Below, piece by piece: positions 26,595-40,000 of a stretch of DNA of 64,000 nucleotides; the first letter of the stretch is position 1; each line of letters opens with the position of its first letter. The position numbers and the translations under genes are program-made. Source of the DNA: Geosiphon pyriformis uo1 (Eukaryota > Fungi > Glomeromycota); NCBI GenBank assembly GCA_016748015.1, contig JAAOMT010000061.1, forward strand, positions 1 through 64,000. The letters run 5' to 3'. The notes beneath the pieces were generated by a model. The model had not been told where the DNA came from and did not search any database. It saw only the letters and a list, made by a program, of their open reading frames with translations.

Positions 26595-28441
26595 TGGGAT
26601 GAAAGCAGTAAAGAGAAACCCAAATCAGAACACAAGAGATCCAATCTCACCAAAACAGAACCAACTGAAGCCTCCAGAGCTAACATTTTAGACTCCAAGC
26701 CACCCACTTTGGTGGTCAGAATCTTTGAACTACTTGAACTGAAACCCGCATCCAACTCAGCATTTGAGGGAGGGGGAGAGGGTGACATTAATGCGCCATC
26801 CAAAACCATATCCGAGTCCAAAACAGGAGCCACAGGTACAGAGCCAACCAAAGAAGGAGTATCAGAAGATGGCACCATAAGCACCAATTCAACAAAATTC
26901 AATTTCCTAAGAATGCCAGAAACCTGGTCAGCCAAAAGTTCAAGAGAGCACTCCAAAGATGCCAACTGAGCATCTAAGAGAGACCTGTCAATTGGGGAGG
27001 AGGGAGCACTACCAACCAAACTCGAAGCACCTAACAAAGAGGAGCCAAAACCAAAACCAAAACCAGAGGAAGAGCCACCAGCAGAGGAAGCAAGAGAAAC
27101 CACCTGAGCCCAAGATTTGCCACCAAAGGCAACAGAGTGAGAAATAGGAACATTTTTCTTTACATATAACTTGGCTAAATGAAAGTGATCTGCACTAAAA
27201 ACATGTCTTCTTTTTTTCAAAGCAATAGAAAGTGTAGGAACAAAAACATCAGAAGCATTACATTCTAAGGCTGAGTGTCCAAATCTCCCACACTTTTTAC
27301 ACCAAACCAAGCCTAACCTAGCCCAAAAAAGTCTCACACCACCAAAAATTGGTTTTGTGCGAAAAGCAGCTTCCAGCTTCTTCTCAGAATCAAAACCAAC
27401 CACAGCACAGCAAACCCTATTGTCCATTTCAAATGACTGATTGATAATGCAAGTTTTTCCATCAGCCTCTTTTAACAGATTGCCAAGATCATGAGCCGTC
27501 GTTCCCACTGGCAAAGTAAACAACAGTGCTCTGAACCAATCTCTAGAAGCCCAAGTCTTGCGATCTCCCACAGTCATAGTCACATGCACCAAATCTTTCT
27601 CAATTAGAAACGACTACTTAGAAGCCAATTACACTGCCTGTTTCGATTTGGCAAACTCAACCACAGCCTTCTGCCATAGCCCAACCAGTTGTACATAGAT
27701 CGACTTAATTTCTCCAAATTCAGCTACTGCAGCAATGATCATGTCCTTAGGTGTATCCATGAGAATTTTTTTGATTACTATGGCCCGATCTGAGTGAATT
27801 TCTTGTCTTTTGAGATCACTGTTTACAATAATCCCCTTTTCTCTAGCCAATGATGCAGCTCTTTTCATGCTTTCTTCTGATGTAAATGTAGATCTGATGA
27901 TCCCTTCAAATTTTGAGGGGGTAGTAGCCTCTCCAAAACCATTGATTTCTGAAAATAATTTCTTTATGACCTGAGTTTTGGCCGTTGCCAATTTCTCTTC
28001 TACAGCTGAAAAATTAATGTCCAAAGTGAATGATTTTTTCACAGTGACTTCCACTTGAGTTTTAATGATTTTGGGATCCACCCACACCTTATCCAAAAAG
28101 AAAAACTTACAGGGGGGAAGGGAAACTTCATCTTTTTCCTTCATGTCATAATTAATAGAGCCGAGAGGGAAGCTGACAGTTGCACCATTATTGAAACGCT
28201 TGACTTAAGGTGTATTCATCTTGGAATTAGGTACTTCTTCATTTTCGGAAGCTTCTTCATTAGTATCCATGCCATTAAATTGCCTGACCACATAACCAGA
28301 CCCACCACTTTCGAGAGTTGCATCACTACTTGAGAGCTTAATACTACCAGGGAGTTTCTTGATTTTATGACCTGAACTACCACCAACTGAACCAGTAGTT
28401 AAAACTCTGGCTGACCTTCTCTTAACACTAGGGCCACTCAT
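26591..28441 (-). pseudogene. LINE D ORF1 (616 codons): gag-like nucleic-acid-binding protein
   Basis: ATG at 28441 (MSGPSVKRRS). RRM-like core (AVAEFGEIKSI...WQKAVVEF), knuckle CKKCGRFGHSALEC and a C-terminal heptad-rich segment. Three in-frame stops. Confidence 0.9.
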
Positions 28442-28584
28442 AGTGGCAGCTGGACTAACAATGAAAGGGTTTGTTTCTTGTGAAATGGTGGAAGACAGTA
28501 TATAAAAAAACAGAAAAACTTCTTTCAAAATTTTGACTCTTTTTCAGAAATTTGGGATGAAGGAAAGAAAGAAGTTTTTTTTAT

Positions 28585-28608
28585 ATTTATTATTATTATT
28601 ATTATTAT
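28585..28608. repeat. Right target-site duplication of LINE D
   Basis: Identical to 21739-21762. Confidence 0.65.
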
Positions 28609-28690
28609 ATTTTGTTATTATTAATTATAATCTATTATTTTATATTATTTTATATTATTTAATTTTATTAATTATTTGGTATTATTACTA

Positions 28691-28762
28691 ATTATTTTAT
28701 ATAATTGATTATTATTGTGTATTATTTTATATAATTGATTATTATTGTGTATTATTTTATAT
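28691..28762. repeat. Perfect 30-bp tandem duplication (2.4 copies)
   Basis: Unit attattttatataattgattattattgtgt at 28691 and 28721, with a partial third copy. Confidence 0.9.
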
Positions 28763-28865
28763 TATTTTTTGTTATTATATGTTAATTATGTTTTTTTATA
28801 ATTAGTTAATTTTTTTACTTAAATAATAATAACCAAAAAAACAACAACTTTTTTTTATTGTTAAA

Positions 28866-29370
28866 ATTAATTAATAAGTAAAAACAGTTTTAATAATTTT
28901 AAAAAACTTAAAATATATAATAATATATTATTATAAATTAATAAGCTTTAGTTTAATATTAAAAATCTTATTAAAGATATTAAAAACGATTTTTATTTTG
29001 TTAAAAAAATACTTAAAAACATATTGTATAAAGTTATAACAAAAAAGCAAAATCAAAAACAAATATTACAAAAAATTTTACAATTTTAAAATTTGTAATA
29101 AAAAATGTTTTAACAAGCTTAATTTTAAAAACAATATTCAAAAACAACTTAAAAAGTAAACTTTATACAAAAAAGCTTAATATTGTTCTTAATAATTAAT
29201 TTTAAATTAAAAAAACATACAAAAATTAAAACACAGTTTTAATATAAGTCAATTTAATTTTAATAGTTTTATTAAACATTTAAATAAAAGTTATTTATAT
29301 AAAAATTTTTTATTAAATTGTGATTATTTTTTTAATATTATTAAAATCAGTAATATTTTTAAAAACAGAA
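28866..29370. repeat. Ancient eroded repeat; inverted homolog of 36780-37004 + 43788-44030
   Basis: Exact 17-bp inverted seeds (29176-29192 vs 36951-36967; 28880-28896 vs 43990-44006) with collinear similarity between and beyond them. Confidence 0.72.
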
Positions 29371-30353
29371 AAAAAAATTTATTTTTTATTTTATTAATAT
29401 AATTTTTAAAATTAAGTAATTAAAATAATATATAGAAATATAATTTGTTTTACTTTTAAAATTGGTAAAATTTTAAAATTTAACATATTAAATAATTTAG
29501 TTATATTAATTAAAACTAGTTTTGATAAATATATTATTATTAATATTATTTATAATAAAAAACACTATTATTGGTATAATTATAGTAAAATTAATAAAAA
29601 CATTAAAAAAACCAAAAAAAGAAGTTGACTTTAAAATTAAAAGTAATAACTTAAAAAAGCTGTTAAAAAATAACTTAAGTATTAATTTGTTATTAAAAGT
29701 TTTAAAAATTTTATATTAATAAAAATTATATTAAAATTAATTACTTAAAAAAACTTTGAATAAAAAAAAATTTATTTAAAACCAAAAAAAATGTTTTATT
29801 AATAGCCAAAAATTGCTTTGTATTTTTATTATTTAATAATATTAATAATTTATATATTTTTTAATAATTTAAAACAAATAAATTTAAACAATAATAAAAT
29901 TATTTTTGACAACATTGTTTTTTTAAACAGTTAATAGTTAATTATTTTTTGAATTATTTTTAATGTTTTATAAATATAATTAATTATTTAAATTAATTAA
30001 ATTACTAAAAAACATATAAAATTTTTTTTCATATTTTTATAATTATAATTAAACTAAAAAGTAAAAAATTACAATTTTTTTATTTTTTAAAGTACTTAAT
30101 AATATTTTTATTATTAAAATATTTATAATTATTAAAGTTATTTAATAATAGTTTATAAAAAATATTTTTTATAAATAAAATAATAAAATAATAATTTTTT
30201 ATTAATTCTAAAATACTGTTTTTATCTTTAATTAAAAATATTTTTTTTTTTAAAGTTTTATTAAAAAAGTTTACTTGAAATAATTTAATATAATTTTTAT
30301 TTTCTTTAAAAATTTAATTAAGTTATTTTTTTTGTATTTTTTTTAAATAATTA

Positions 30354-33300
30354 GTCACTCTCTTTTCCTCCTCCTCTCTTTTTCAAACATGCAGTGTAGG
30401 TCTTGGTCAGGAAATTTTTTGCTCTGAATATTAATCTTGTAGTGGTGGCCAGCAAATCCTCTCAAGAAAAATTAATTTATGTCAAAAAAATTTTTTCTGG
30501 TGTAAATAGTTTTGGAAGAGCCTTTAACTTTTCAAAATTTGGTGAGATTATCTGGACTTCTTTCACTTCTAAAAAGACAATAATGGCTGCAGCAAAATTG
30601 GCAAATGATTATGGTATTGTAGTAAACACCAATCTCAAGTGCCCTATCAACAATTGTACAAATCAGGCAATTGTGCTAAAGGAGATTCTGGTGAAAATAT
30701 CTGTTAAAACTGTGTATGCTGCTGTAGCTGAATTTGGAATCATTAGGTCGATCAAGATACAGCTGGTTAGTCTGTGGCAGAAGACAATTATTGAGTTGGA
30801 TAATTAGGATCAAGCTGATCGTTTGGCTGCTAAATGGTCTATTCTCATTGGGAAAAATACAGTGCAGATGACCAGGACTGATGTTAATAAACAAACATGG
30901 GATTCCAAAGATGAGTTTAGAGCTTTGTTGTACACTCTTTTCATGAGTACAACTGCTCATGATATTTGGGAGTTTATTGATTCAATCAGTGGGAAAACTT
31001 GTATTATTGATTATAATCTTTTAACCTATGCTCACATCTGCTGTGCCATTGTGTGTTTTGGTTCTAAGTCAGATCTGAATAGGGCTTTAAACATGACTCC
31101 AATTATAAAAAGAGTTGGTCTCTACTGGTCTCACTTGTCGCTTGTTCTGTGTTCAGTCTGTAAAACTCTGGGCTATACATTTCTCTTTTGTAAGGTTTTA
31201 GGTGATTTGTTGGCTCCCAAAAGCAAAAAAGCTTCTCTTTCAGTTCATGATCAATTCAGGCTGGCTAAGATTTATGAAAAAAAATCTGTGCCTATCTCTT
31301 ATCCCCTGTTTTTCAGTGACAAAACTTGGGCTTTAGTTGTAAAAACTTTTTCAACTAATACATTTTATGGTGGTAAACCTTTTTTTGGTTCCATCAATGA
31401 TGATAAATTCCTTTCTCCTGTTGTGAATAAATTGAAATTGTGATTGGTCAATATTAAAAGCAGTCTCACCAATCTTGTGGAACAAATTGGTGAGTTGGCT
31501 AAGAGGTTGGATTCACTCATGCCAACAGTTTTCCAGCCTAGCTCTGGATGTCAACTGCTAATAACTCCTCTTATTACAGAATCTGGAAGGTGATATAATG
31601 ATGAAAGTGGGTTTGGGTAAGACCACTAGTGGTGAGACTGCTATTGTTTCGAACCCTTCCTCATTTTTTTATGTGGTTAAATTAGAAAATATGTTAGAAG
31701 GCCTTTTTGCTTCCATTTTGAGCTTGTCTGCTTGATTTAATAGTCTGGTTTTGGCTGGTAGTATATACTTTCAACTTTTTTTTCAATGACCAGTCTTGTA
31801 TAGAAAATTGTTATGTGCAACATCAAAGGAATGAACAATCCAGCTAAACAAGAAGATATTGTGTATTGGCATAAAGACATAAACAATCTGGTTTCAATTT
31901 TTATGGAAACAAAGCTAAAAGGAAAGATCCATCCATAGATTGTTAACAAATTTAGTGGTGTTTGAGTGTTTACTTCAGGTTTGAACTCTGGCTACTTGGG
32001 TTCGGGTGTTGCTGTAGTTATAGACAATTTTTTAATAAAACATATGTATAAGATTTATGAGATATCTAGTCAGCTTCTCTCTATCAAGTTACTCTTTAAA
32101 AATAGACTTTTTGTTTCAATTCTGGGGCTCTATGTTAGTGCTTCTTCTGCAGTTCAATTCTCCCAAGCTAGTAATATCAATTCTCTTATTGCCAAAGCTA
32201 TAAATGAGTCCTTTTTTGTCATCTTTGGCAGCAATTTCAATGAAGATGGTTTCCACAAGTGTGCAAGTTTTAAAAAATGTTTTAGCTTAGGTCTAGTTAA
32301 TTCTTTAGTTGAAAGCTCAACAGCCAAAATGCTTACATGGGAAAACTCCAGAAATATTGCTAAAACAATTGACTACATATTTGTTTCTTCGAATCTGGTC
32401 AATGCAATTCTATGTTGTAATGTTTTGGGTGTTGGTAAGCACTTTGACACTGATCATCATGTTGTTTCTATGTCCATGGGTTTGAGTAGACTTTTGGATG
32501 TGCAGTTAAACTCTTTTTGCAAACAGGCAAACAGGAATTGTTGGAAGTTTGACATCAAAAATACTAATAAGGTAACATAGGGTGAGTTTAATAACACTAT
32601 GGTGGCCAATACTGCTATGTTCTCTAATAAGTTTGTTACATCTAAAAAGTATTTGGATCTGGATGCTATATAGAACACTGTTCGCAAGGTGGTGTCTCTT
32701 TTGGCTAATGGTGTTTTCAAAAAAAAATAGTTTAAGAGCTATGATGAGATGTGTCACCAAAAAATCATCCAGGTTTTACAAACTGGAAGTTTTGGTTTCA
32801 AGATTGGCTAAGGCTTTTCATGAGGTGGTGTCTGACAGATTTGTCTCCCTTTTGAAATGTTGAGACTCTTTGGATACTGACAAAACATCTATTATTTAGG
32901 TTCTTGTTAACTCTGGTGCAAATTCTGATTATATACATTCTTCTCTCTTTGGTGTAAGAAAGTCTTATTGTGTGTCCAAGCTGGCTGAGTCTTTACATGC
33001 TGAGAAGTTAAACATTAGATTTGCTATTGAAAAATAGTTAAAAAGTTTTGTAATTGACAAAAACCACATAATTTGTAATGTTTTGGAATGTTTTTTTCAA
33101 AAAGTAATGCTGGATCACCTGGTTTCTGATAGTAGTTTAATTGTGGATCCAATTGATATTAAGAATAATGTTGACAAGATTATGGAAGATTGGACAAAAA
33201 AAAGAATAGTGCCATATAACATTTCTGATTTGTGGCAGCATCAATATCTGCCATTGGATTATGTTGACAATAATGCTTTTTTTGGAGTAATGAATGCTAT

Positions 33301-36300
33301 TAGCTATGAAGATTTGGTGCATGTAATCAAAGATCTGCCAGATAGTAAAGCAGCTGGTTTGTTTAGTATTATAAATGAACTTTAGAAACATTGTGATGAT
33401 TTAGTACTTGGTATGTTGTTGGATCTCTTGAATTTCTGTTTGGTTCATAAATCTGTTCTCCAACTCTAGAAAGAAGCTTGGGTGTCTATAATTCCTAAGT
33501 TTTATAAGTGGAAAGACATTCTGACCAATACTAAACTGATAACTTTGATTGAGACTACTTATAAAATTCTCTTTAAAATACTTTCTGATAGGATTTTGTT
33601 AGCATGCAATGTGTTTGATGTTCTTCACAGTAACAATTTCTCTGTGCTAAAGGGCACTACTACCCAGTCTCCTATTTTTGCCATCAGTTCAGTTGTTGAA
33701 AATGCTTTAGAAAAAAATCATGAGTTTTGGCTTGTTTTACAGGATATGTGGAAGGCCTATAATTCTGTGAGTTGGCATTACTTAAGGAATAGTTTGGTTT
33801 AAGTTAAGATGTGTAATTATTTCATCAAATTCTTTGGAAGTATTCACAATGATTATGTTAATCATGTTATGACTGATTTTGGCCTAATTGATGGATACCA
33901 GGTACATGATAGTCTTGACCAGGGTGAGATGTTTTCTCCTTTGCTGTGGAGGATCTTTTACGATCCCCTTTTATGTGAAGTTAAAAGACAGGAGAGTTTG
34001 TGTGAATACTGTATTGACTCCAGATTTGTTGCTAAAACTGACAGGTTAGAAAACCAAGGTAGTATGACTTTATTTTTGGCAGCTGGTGCTTTTGTTAATA
34101 ATACAATATAGATGGAAAATAGCCAGACTGTCACTCAGTACATTTTGGACATTGTTAGTGAGTTTTTCAGTATAAATAACATCTCCATTAATAATAAAAA
34201 GACTGTGGCTATTTCTATCAACAGAAGAGTAGGGGAAGCATTATTGTTGATAAGTAGTCTGCTGATTTCAATTGCTTATAGAAAAGAATCTTATAGATAT
34301 CTTGGGATTTATTTGTTATTTGAGAGTTTGTCCAAACCCAGTTTGGCGAAAGCTCATTCAGATATTAGGTTTTTTGTTAATTTGGTTTTGAGAAAAACTA
34401 TTTTAGACAAACAGTTTTTTTATCTGGTATTGGCTGTGTTACAACCTATTGTTAGTTATAGATCTCAGTTTAGTTTTCTTTCTAAAAGTGTGTATATTAG
34501 GTGGGATGCATTGATTAAAAAAAGTTTAAGACTTAAAACTAGACTACTGAAAGATTTTTCTAATGAGGCTCTTCATCATCCATCTTTGTATGATCTGAAG
34601 TTTTTAGAACAGTTGCAAGCTGAGTGCAAAGTGGCTTCTGTACTGAGTTTCTCAAATGCTGGTGGGCTTCTGAGTCACTTGTTTATTCATAGATCTTTTG
34701 ATCTACAGATTCTAAGTTGGTCGTCTGTTCACTCTTTATGTCATCTGGTCAGATTATGTGTCAGTTCAATTAACAATTTTTTGGCTGGTGTTGTTAGAAT
34801 TTTTTTGAATTGTAATATGTCTCTTAAGAACTTTTCTTGTATGGCATTCCATTTTTCTGGTGGGACACCAATGTTTTCGATTTTGGGGGATTATTTGTTT
34901 TATGATGTTTTATACTCACTCAAGAGATTTGGAGTTGTTTTTATCAAACAGCTGTATACCAAAAAGAGTTTGATTTTTGACTGAAAAAGCTTCTGTTATT
35001 AAAAAAGACTTGATTTAAGAGGCCCAGTCCCTTATTGGTTTAATTTGGCATGTGACTTTTTGGCTTACTTTTTCTTTTATAATAGTCTACCTGTTATTGA
35101 ACTCCAGTTACTGGATGTTAGTGGTTTGGATGGTGTTTTTTGGCTGAAACAGTGTCTTTTCATTTCTAATTTAAATGTCATTGAGGTTTACATAGACAAA
35201 TCTTTAAAAAATTTTGGTATGCAGGAGATGGAATGTGGTGCAGCTGCTTACTTTTTAGATGTGGATCTATGTATTGGTATTAGGGTTAGTGGGCTGGTTT
35301 CTTTCATTTTGGCTGAATTGCAAGTGATTGTTTTAGCTTTGGAGTGTGTTCTTTTTTGCAGCTCTATTGTGGTTTATTTAAACAGTCAGATTGCCTTAGG
35401 TGCTTGTGCTGCTGAATCAGTTTTGGCTTCTCTAGACTTCCACAACCATTGCTGGATGAAGTAGTGTGGTGTTATAAATCTGATTAGGGAAAAAAAGCTT
35501 AGTGTTTCTTGGCATAAGATTAAAAAATATTCGGGTGTTTTGGGTAATAAATATGCTGATGAGTTGGCTGATTCAACTGCAAGTTCAAATTTGGTGCTTC
35601 CTGTTTTGATTAAGAAAATATTCATTAAGACTGGTAGGATAATGATGTCTGGTAATGTTTGACATTTTGCTTGGAATGTTTTTAGAACTGTGAATTGTGC
35701 TTGTTGGAAAGTTGAACTTGGTTTTGCTATTATTAACAAAGGTATGATTGGTGATGTGGATTGGGTTTGTACTGCTTTGGTCTGGCATTCCAATTTGCAC
35801 ATAGCAGCTGGATTCACCAGCAAGTTTACTACTGGTCTGTACTTATACTTTTTGAAAGCTCTGCACCACTGCCTGCTGGTTGTTATGCAGAAGTGTTTGT
35901 ATAATAGGGATTATCTAAGTGTTTTGTGTCTTCATTGTAGAGAGGTGAAGAGCTCTGATCACTTTTTTGTATGTGCGTTTGACTCTGAAGTTCATAAGAA
36001 TCTGCTTACTTCCCATCTGGTTAAGTGGCATGCTGTGTCTGATTTGGGTCTCTCTTTGTCTCAGATCTCGCAGGTGCTTTCTTTGTGCATTTCTGATAAT
36101 GTGTTATACACTACTTTATGCAAAAACTTCTTGTTTAGAGATTGGTATCTGGAGGCTGTATCTGTTTTGGATGATGCTAAGTTTGCAGAGAGAATTATTA
36201 TTAACTTTGTTTAGGATTTTGATACTGCTCACTATGCTGACATATGGTTGGTTAAGGCCAAATATAGAGCCTTTATAAAAAAAGATAGTTTAGTTTATCA

Positions 36301-36600
36301 TAATAGTTCTGTTTTTTCTGTGACCCAAAGTTTGTCATTTTTGCTTTTGGCTAAAGTAGTTAGGTTGCTTGGGATTGCTAAGGCATTTGGTGTCTGTTTT
36401 GGTTTTCATAAACTCTGCTGTTTTTTTTCTAGTATTGATAGTATGGTATCTGTTATGATAGATTTATAGTGTTGCTCTAATCAGTTTGAGTGGCTGGTCA
36501 TGTGTAAAAAATACATAATTTGTGCCTAATTTAAATTACTTAGTTTGATGTATTGTGCTAGATAATATTTGAGCCTCACTTGTTAAATATTATAAAAAAA
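30354..36600 (+). mobile_element. LINE copy E, 5'-truncated within ORF1, decayed
   Basis: ORF1 core and knuckle (CSVCKTLGYTFLFC), ATGA overlap at ~31786, APE/RT/RNase H remnants, 3' UTR 36467-36586 and A-tail. Candidate TSD AAATAATTA at 30345-30353 and 36601-36609. ORF1 is most like copy F. Confidence 0.92.
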
Positions 36601-37004
36601 AAATAATTAAAAAAGTCAAAATAACCAAAAAGTATCTTTTTTAAATTTCTATTATATTTGATAACAATTCTTTTAAAGTAATAAAAAATTTTTTTATATT
36701 TTTGTTATTTATTTAATTAATATATTTAATTATTTGATTTTAAAAATTAGATTAATTAAATAAATATTAAAGTATTTTTGTTTTTTAATAATATTGCTTT
36801 TAATAATACTTAAAAAACAATTATTAATTATTAAAAGTTTTTTAAATAAAAGTTTTTTATTTTAATATTTGATATTTTTTACAAGATTAAATTGATTTAT
36901 ATTAAGACTGTTTTTAGTTTATGTATAATTTATTAATATAAAATTGGTTTTTAAGAACAATATTAAGATGTTTTATATAAAGTTTGTATTTTAAAAATTT
37001 TTTA

Positions 37005-40000
37005 ATTTTTTTTTTTTATTGCTTAACAAGTGAGGTCCAAACACCACCTAAAGCTACACATCAAAGAAATAACCTGTATTAGGCATGAATCATGCATTGT
37101 CTACATGTGACCAGCCACTCAGGCCAATCAGAACAACACTATGCAAGTATATAAACAGAAACTGAATTACTTATACCAGAAAAAAATAAACAGGGTTTGC
37201 GAAAACCAAAATACACATCTACAGCCTTAGCAATACCAAGCAATTTAACCACACTAGCAGAAAACCCCAAAGCCAGACCAGAGACCAAAACAAAAGCTGA
37301 ACTATCTAATAGAATTAGCTTGGTCCTTTCCATATGGGCACAATATCTAACACGAACCAGCCAAATATCATCTCTAAACGCAAGACCAAGAGAATGCACA
37401 AACTTAACAACCTCTAAGCCACTAATTTTGGGATTATGGAAGATGGAGACAGCCTTGCAAAACCAATTATTAAACACAAAACCTTTGCAAAGAGCCATGG
37501 AAACCAGAAAATTAAAAGCACAAGACAACAACAGCTGTATCATAACTGATGAAGAAAGTGACAAACCAGAAAGAGTCTTTCAAGAAGCCACATGGGAGGT
37601 CAATATCTGACAACGAGCAGAATTGTCAACCTTACAAAAAAACACATGGTCCGATGACTCCACATCACCACAATATAGACACAACACATTAGAATAGCAT
37701 TTACTATAAAGGCCCTTCCTAACTGCAATTGGCAACTGGTGGTGCAAAGTCTTCATAAAATAAGTACAAACATTAGCTGAGGGTCTGCTAGTAAAGCCAA
37801 TGGCCATGTGCAAGTCAGAATGCCAAACCCGGGAAGAGTGGAGCCAATCAACATCAGAAAGCAAACTATCTTTTAACAACTTAGAACCAGAACCAACCTT
37901 TCAGTGTGCATGACAAACTGAGCAAAAAATATCACAAACAAAATGTCTGGAATTGTCTGAAACTACCTTACCATCAGCCACCAAAAAATGCTCATTCAAG
38001 CAAAGACAAAGACGCCAACAAGAGAGAGAGGCAGCACCAACAATCGTATTAGCACACTCATTTCCAGAAACACCAGAGTGACTCTTAACCTTATGCCAAT
38101 CAACCCTCAAATTTCTACCACAAACAATATTAGCGATATAACAATGCTTGACCCAATACTGATTGCAAAAGTCAAGACACATGAGACCCATCTCTGACTT
38201 GCAAGCACTCAAAGCAGACTGACTATCAGAAAACACATGAACAGAACTAGATGAAGGAACACATTCCAAGGCCAATACAATAGCCTGCAATTCCACCAGA
38301 GTAGATAACATCAAGCCTGATACACCAACACCCAAACCTGAACCAATATCCTCGAAAAAAGCAGCAGCACCAGCTCTACAGCCAGCAGTGCCCAGATTTC
38401 TCAGAGATCCATTTGTGTATATAGATAACAAACCAGAACCAATCCGAAAAAAATGATTACAAACAGAAACAAAGTCACTGGAACCAAAAATGTCTTGACA
38501 ACCACCCAAAACATGCAAATTACTAGATAGGGGAGACACAACATTGAGAAATGCAGTAGCAAGCTTGAATCATTCAGGAATAGGGCCACGGAGGTCCAGT
38601 CTCTTCCACCACTTGAAAGTGTACCAATCAAAAACAGCACCATAACAATCATGAAGTTGATCCACAAAAGCAATGCCAAACTGCCAGAGAGAGGGGAGAA
38701 ACTTGAAAAATCTAGACTTGTCTAAAACAGCAGACATGAGCACACTACTGCAAAACCGAAAAGAACTGACAAAAAATCCACCCAAAGACAAACCACAGTC
38801 AAGAAGAATACGGACCATGCCTGCCAAAAAGTTATTAAAAGCACTAACATGAACACAAACAGGGGAGTTCAATGGATGAACAGGATGTCAGCACTGAACT
38901 TGCAAGTTATAAGACCTATGAGAAAACAAGTGACCCAAAATCCCACTAGAGTTCACAAAACCAATAAAAGAGGCTATCTTACACTCAGACTGAACTTGTG
39001 AAAAAGATTTCAGACCATAAAATGAAGGGTGGTGAAGTGTATCACTGGGAAAATTAAGCGAAAAACCAGATCTATACTTCAAGCCCTTGCAAATCAGAGC
39101 ATTCCACCTGTTACAAACACCAACTAGAATAAAACTAAACTGTGTTTGGTAACTAACTATGGGCTGGAGAACTGTTGACACCAAATACGAGAATTGTTTA
39201 TCTGAGATAGCTTTTTTCAGAACCAAATTGATGAAAAAACAAACATCTGAATGGGCCTTAGCCAAACTAGGTTTCGAAAGACTCTCAGTTAAAAAAAAAA
39301 TACCCAGGTACTGATGAAATTCCCCCTTTTTGGCAATGGAGATAGGTGAGCCACTGATAGAAAGGGAAGGATTGCTGACTCTGCTATTAATAAGAATGGC
39401 CACTGTCTTGTTATTATTAATAGAGATATCATTGATCCGAAAAAATTCACTGGCAACATTGAGAATATGTTGAGTAGCAGCCTGACTGCTACCAATCTAA
39501 ATTGTATTATCAACAAAAGCACCAACAGCAAAAAAGGAAGAAAGCCCAACCTGAGTTTCAGCACAACCACTTTTAGAAATGAAACAAGAGTTCAACCTAT
39601 ATGCACATACACTTTCCTGACATTTGACTTTACACAACAGAGGATCATAAAATATGTATTACAGAAGGGGGAAAAAAACCTTTCCCTAATCCAAGCCATC
39701 ATGCACTTGATAATCACCAGTTAAACCAAAGTCTGTTATAATCCTATTGGTACAATCTCTGTATATATTACCAAAAAATTGAATAAATTTGCTGCACATC
39801 TTAATTCTGACCAGACTCTTCTCAAGATGCTCCCAGCCAACTGAATCATAAGCTTTTTGCATATCCTGCAAAACCAGCCAAAGTTTATAGTTTTTTTCCA
39901 AAGCATTTTCAATTACCGAACCAATTGCAAAAATGAAAGACTGAGTTGTTATACCCTTCAAAACTGAAAAATTGTCCCACAGAGAACATCAAAAGCACTG

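Larger units (their letters stand above)
21763..28584 (-). mobile_element. LINE copy D, full length and best preserved
   Basis: 5' hairpin 28515-28578, ORF1, ORF2, 3' UTR 21786-21905, (TAA)n-type tail and 24-bp TSD. All ORF fragments fall in two consistent frames. Confidence 0.96.

Noticed and set aside
28515-28578. Canonical hammerhead or HDV ribozyme at the LINE 5' end (CTGA...GAAA)
   Set aside because: No stem I partner for a hammerhead, CTGA is CTCA/CTTA in copies C and G, and HDV P1/P3 pairings cannot be formed. Kept only as an unclassified structured motif.
29522-29719. 65-aa ORF in AT-rich DNA
   Set aside because: The I/K/L/N-dominated composition simply reflects extreme AT content, and the start is not ATG.
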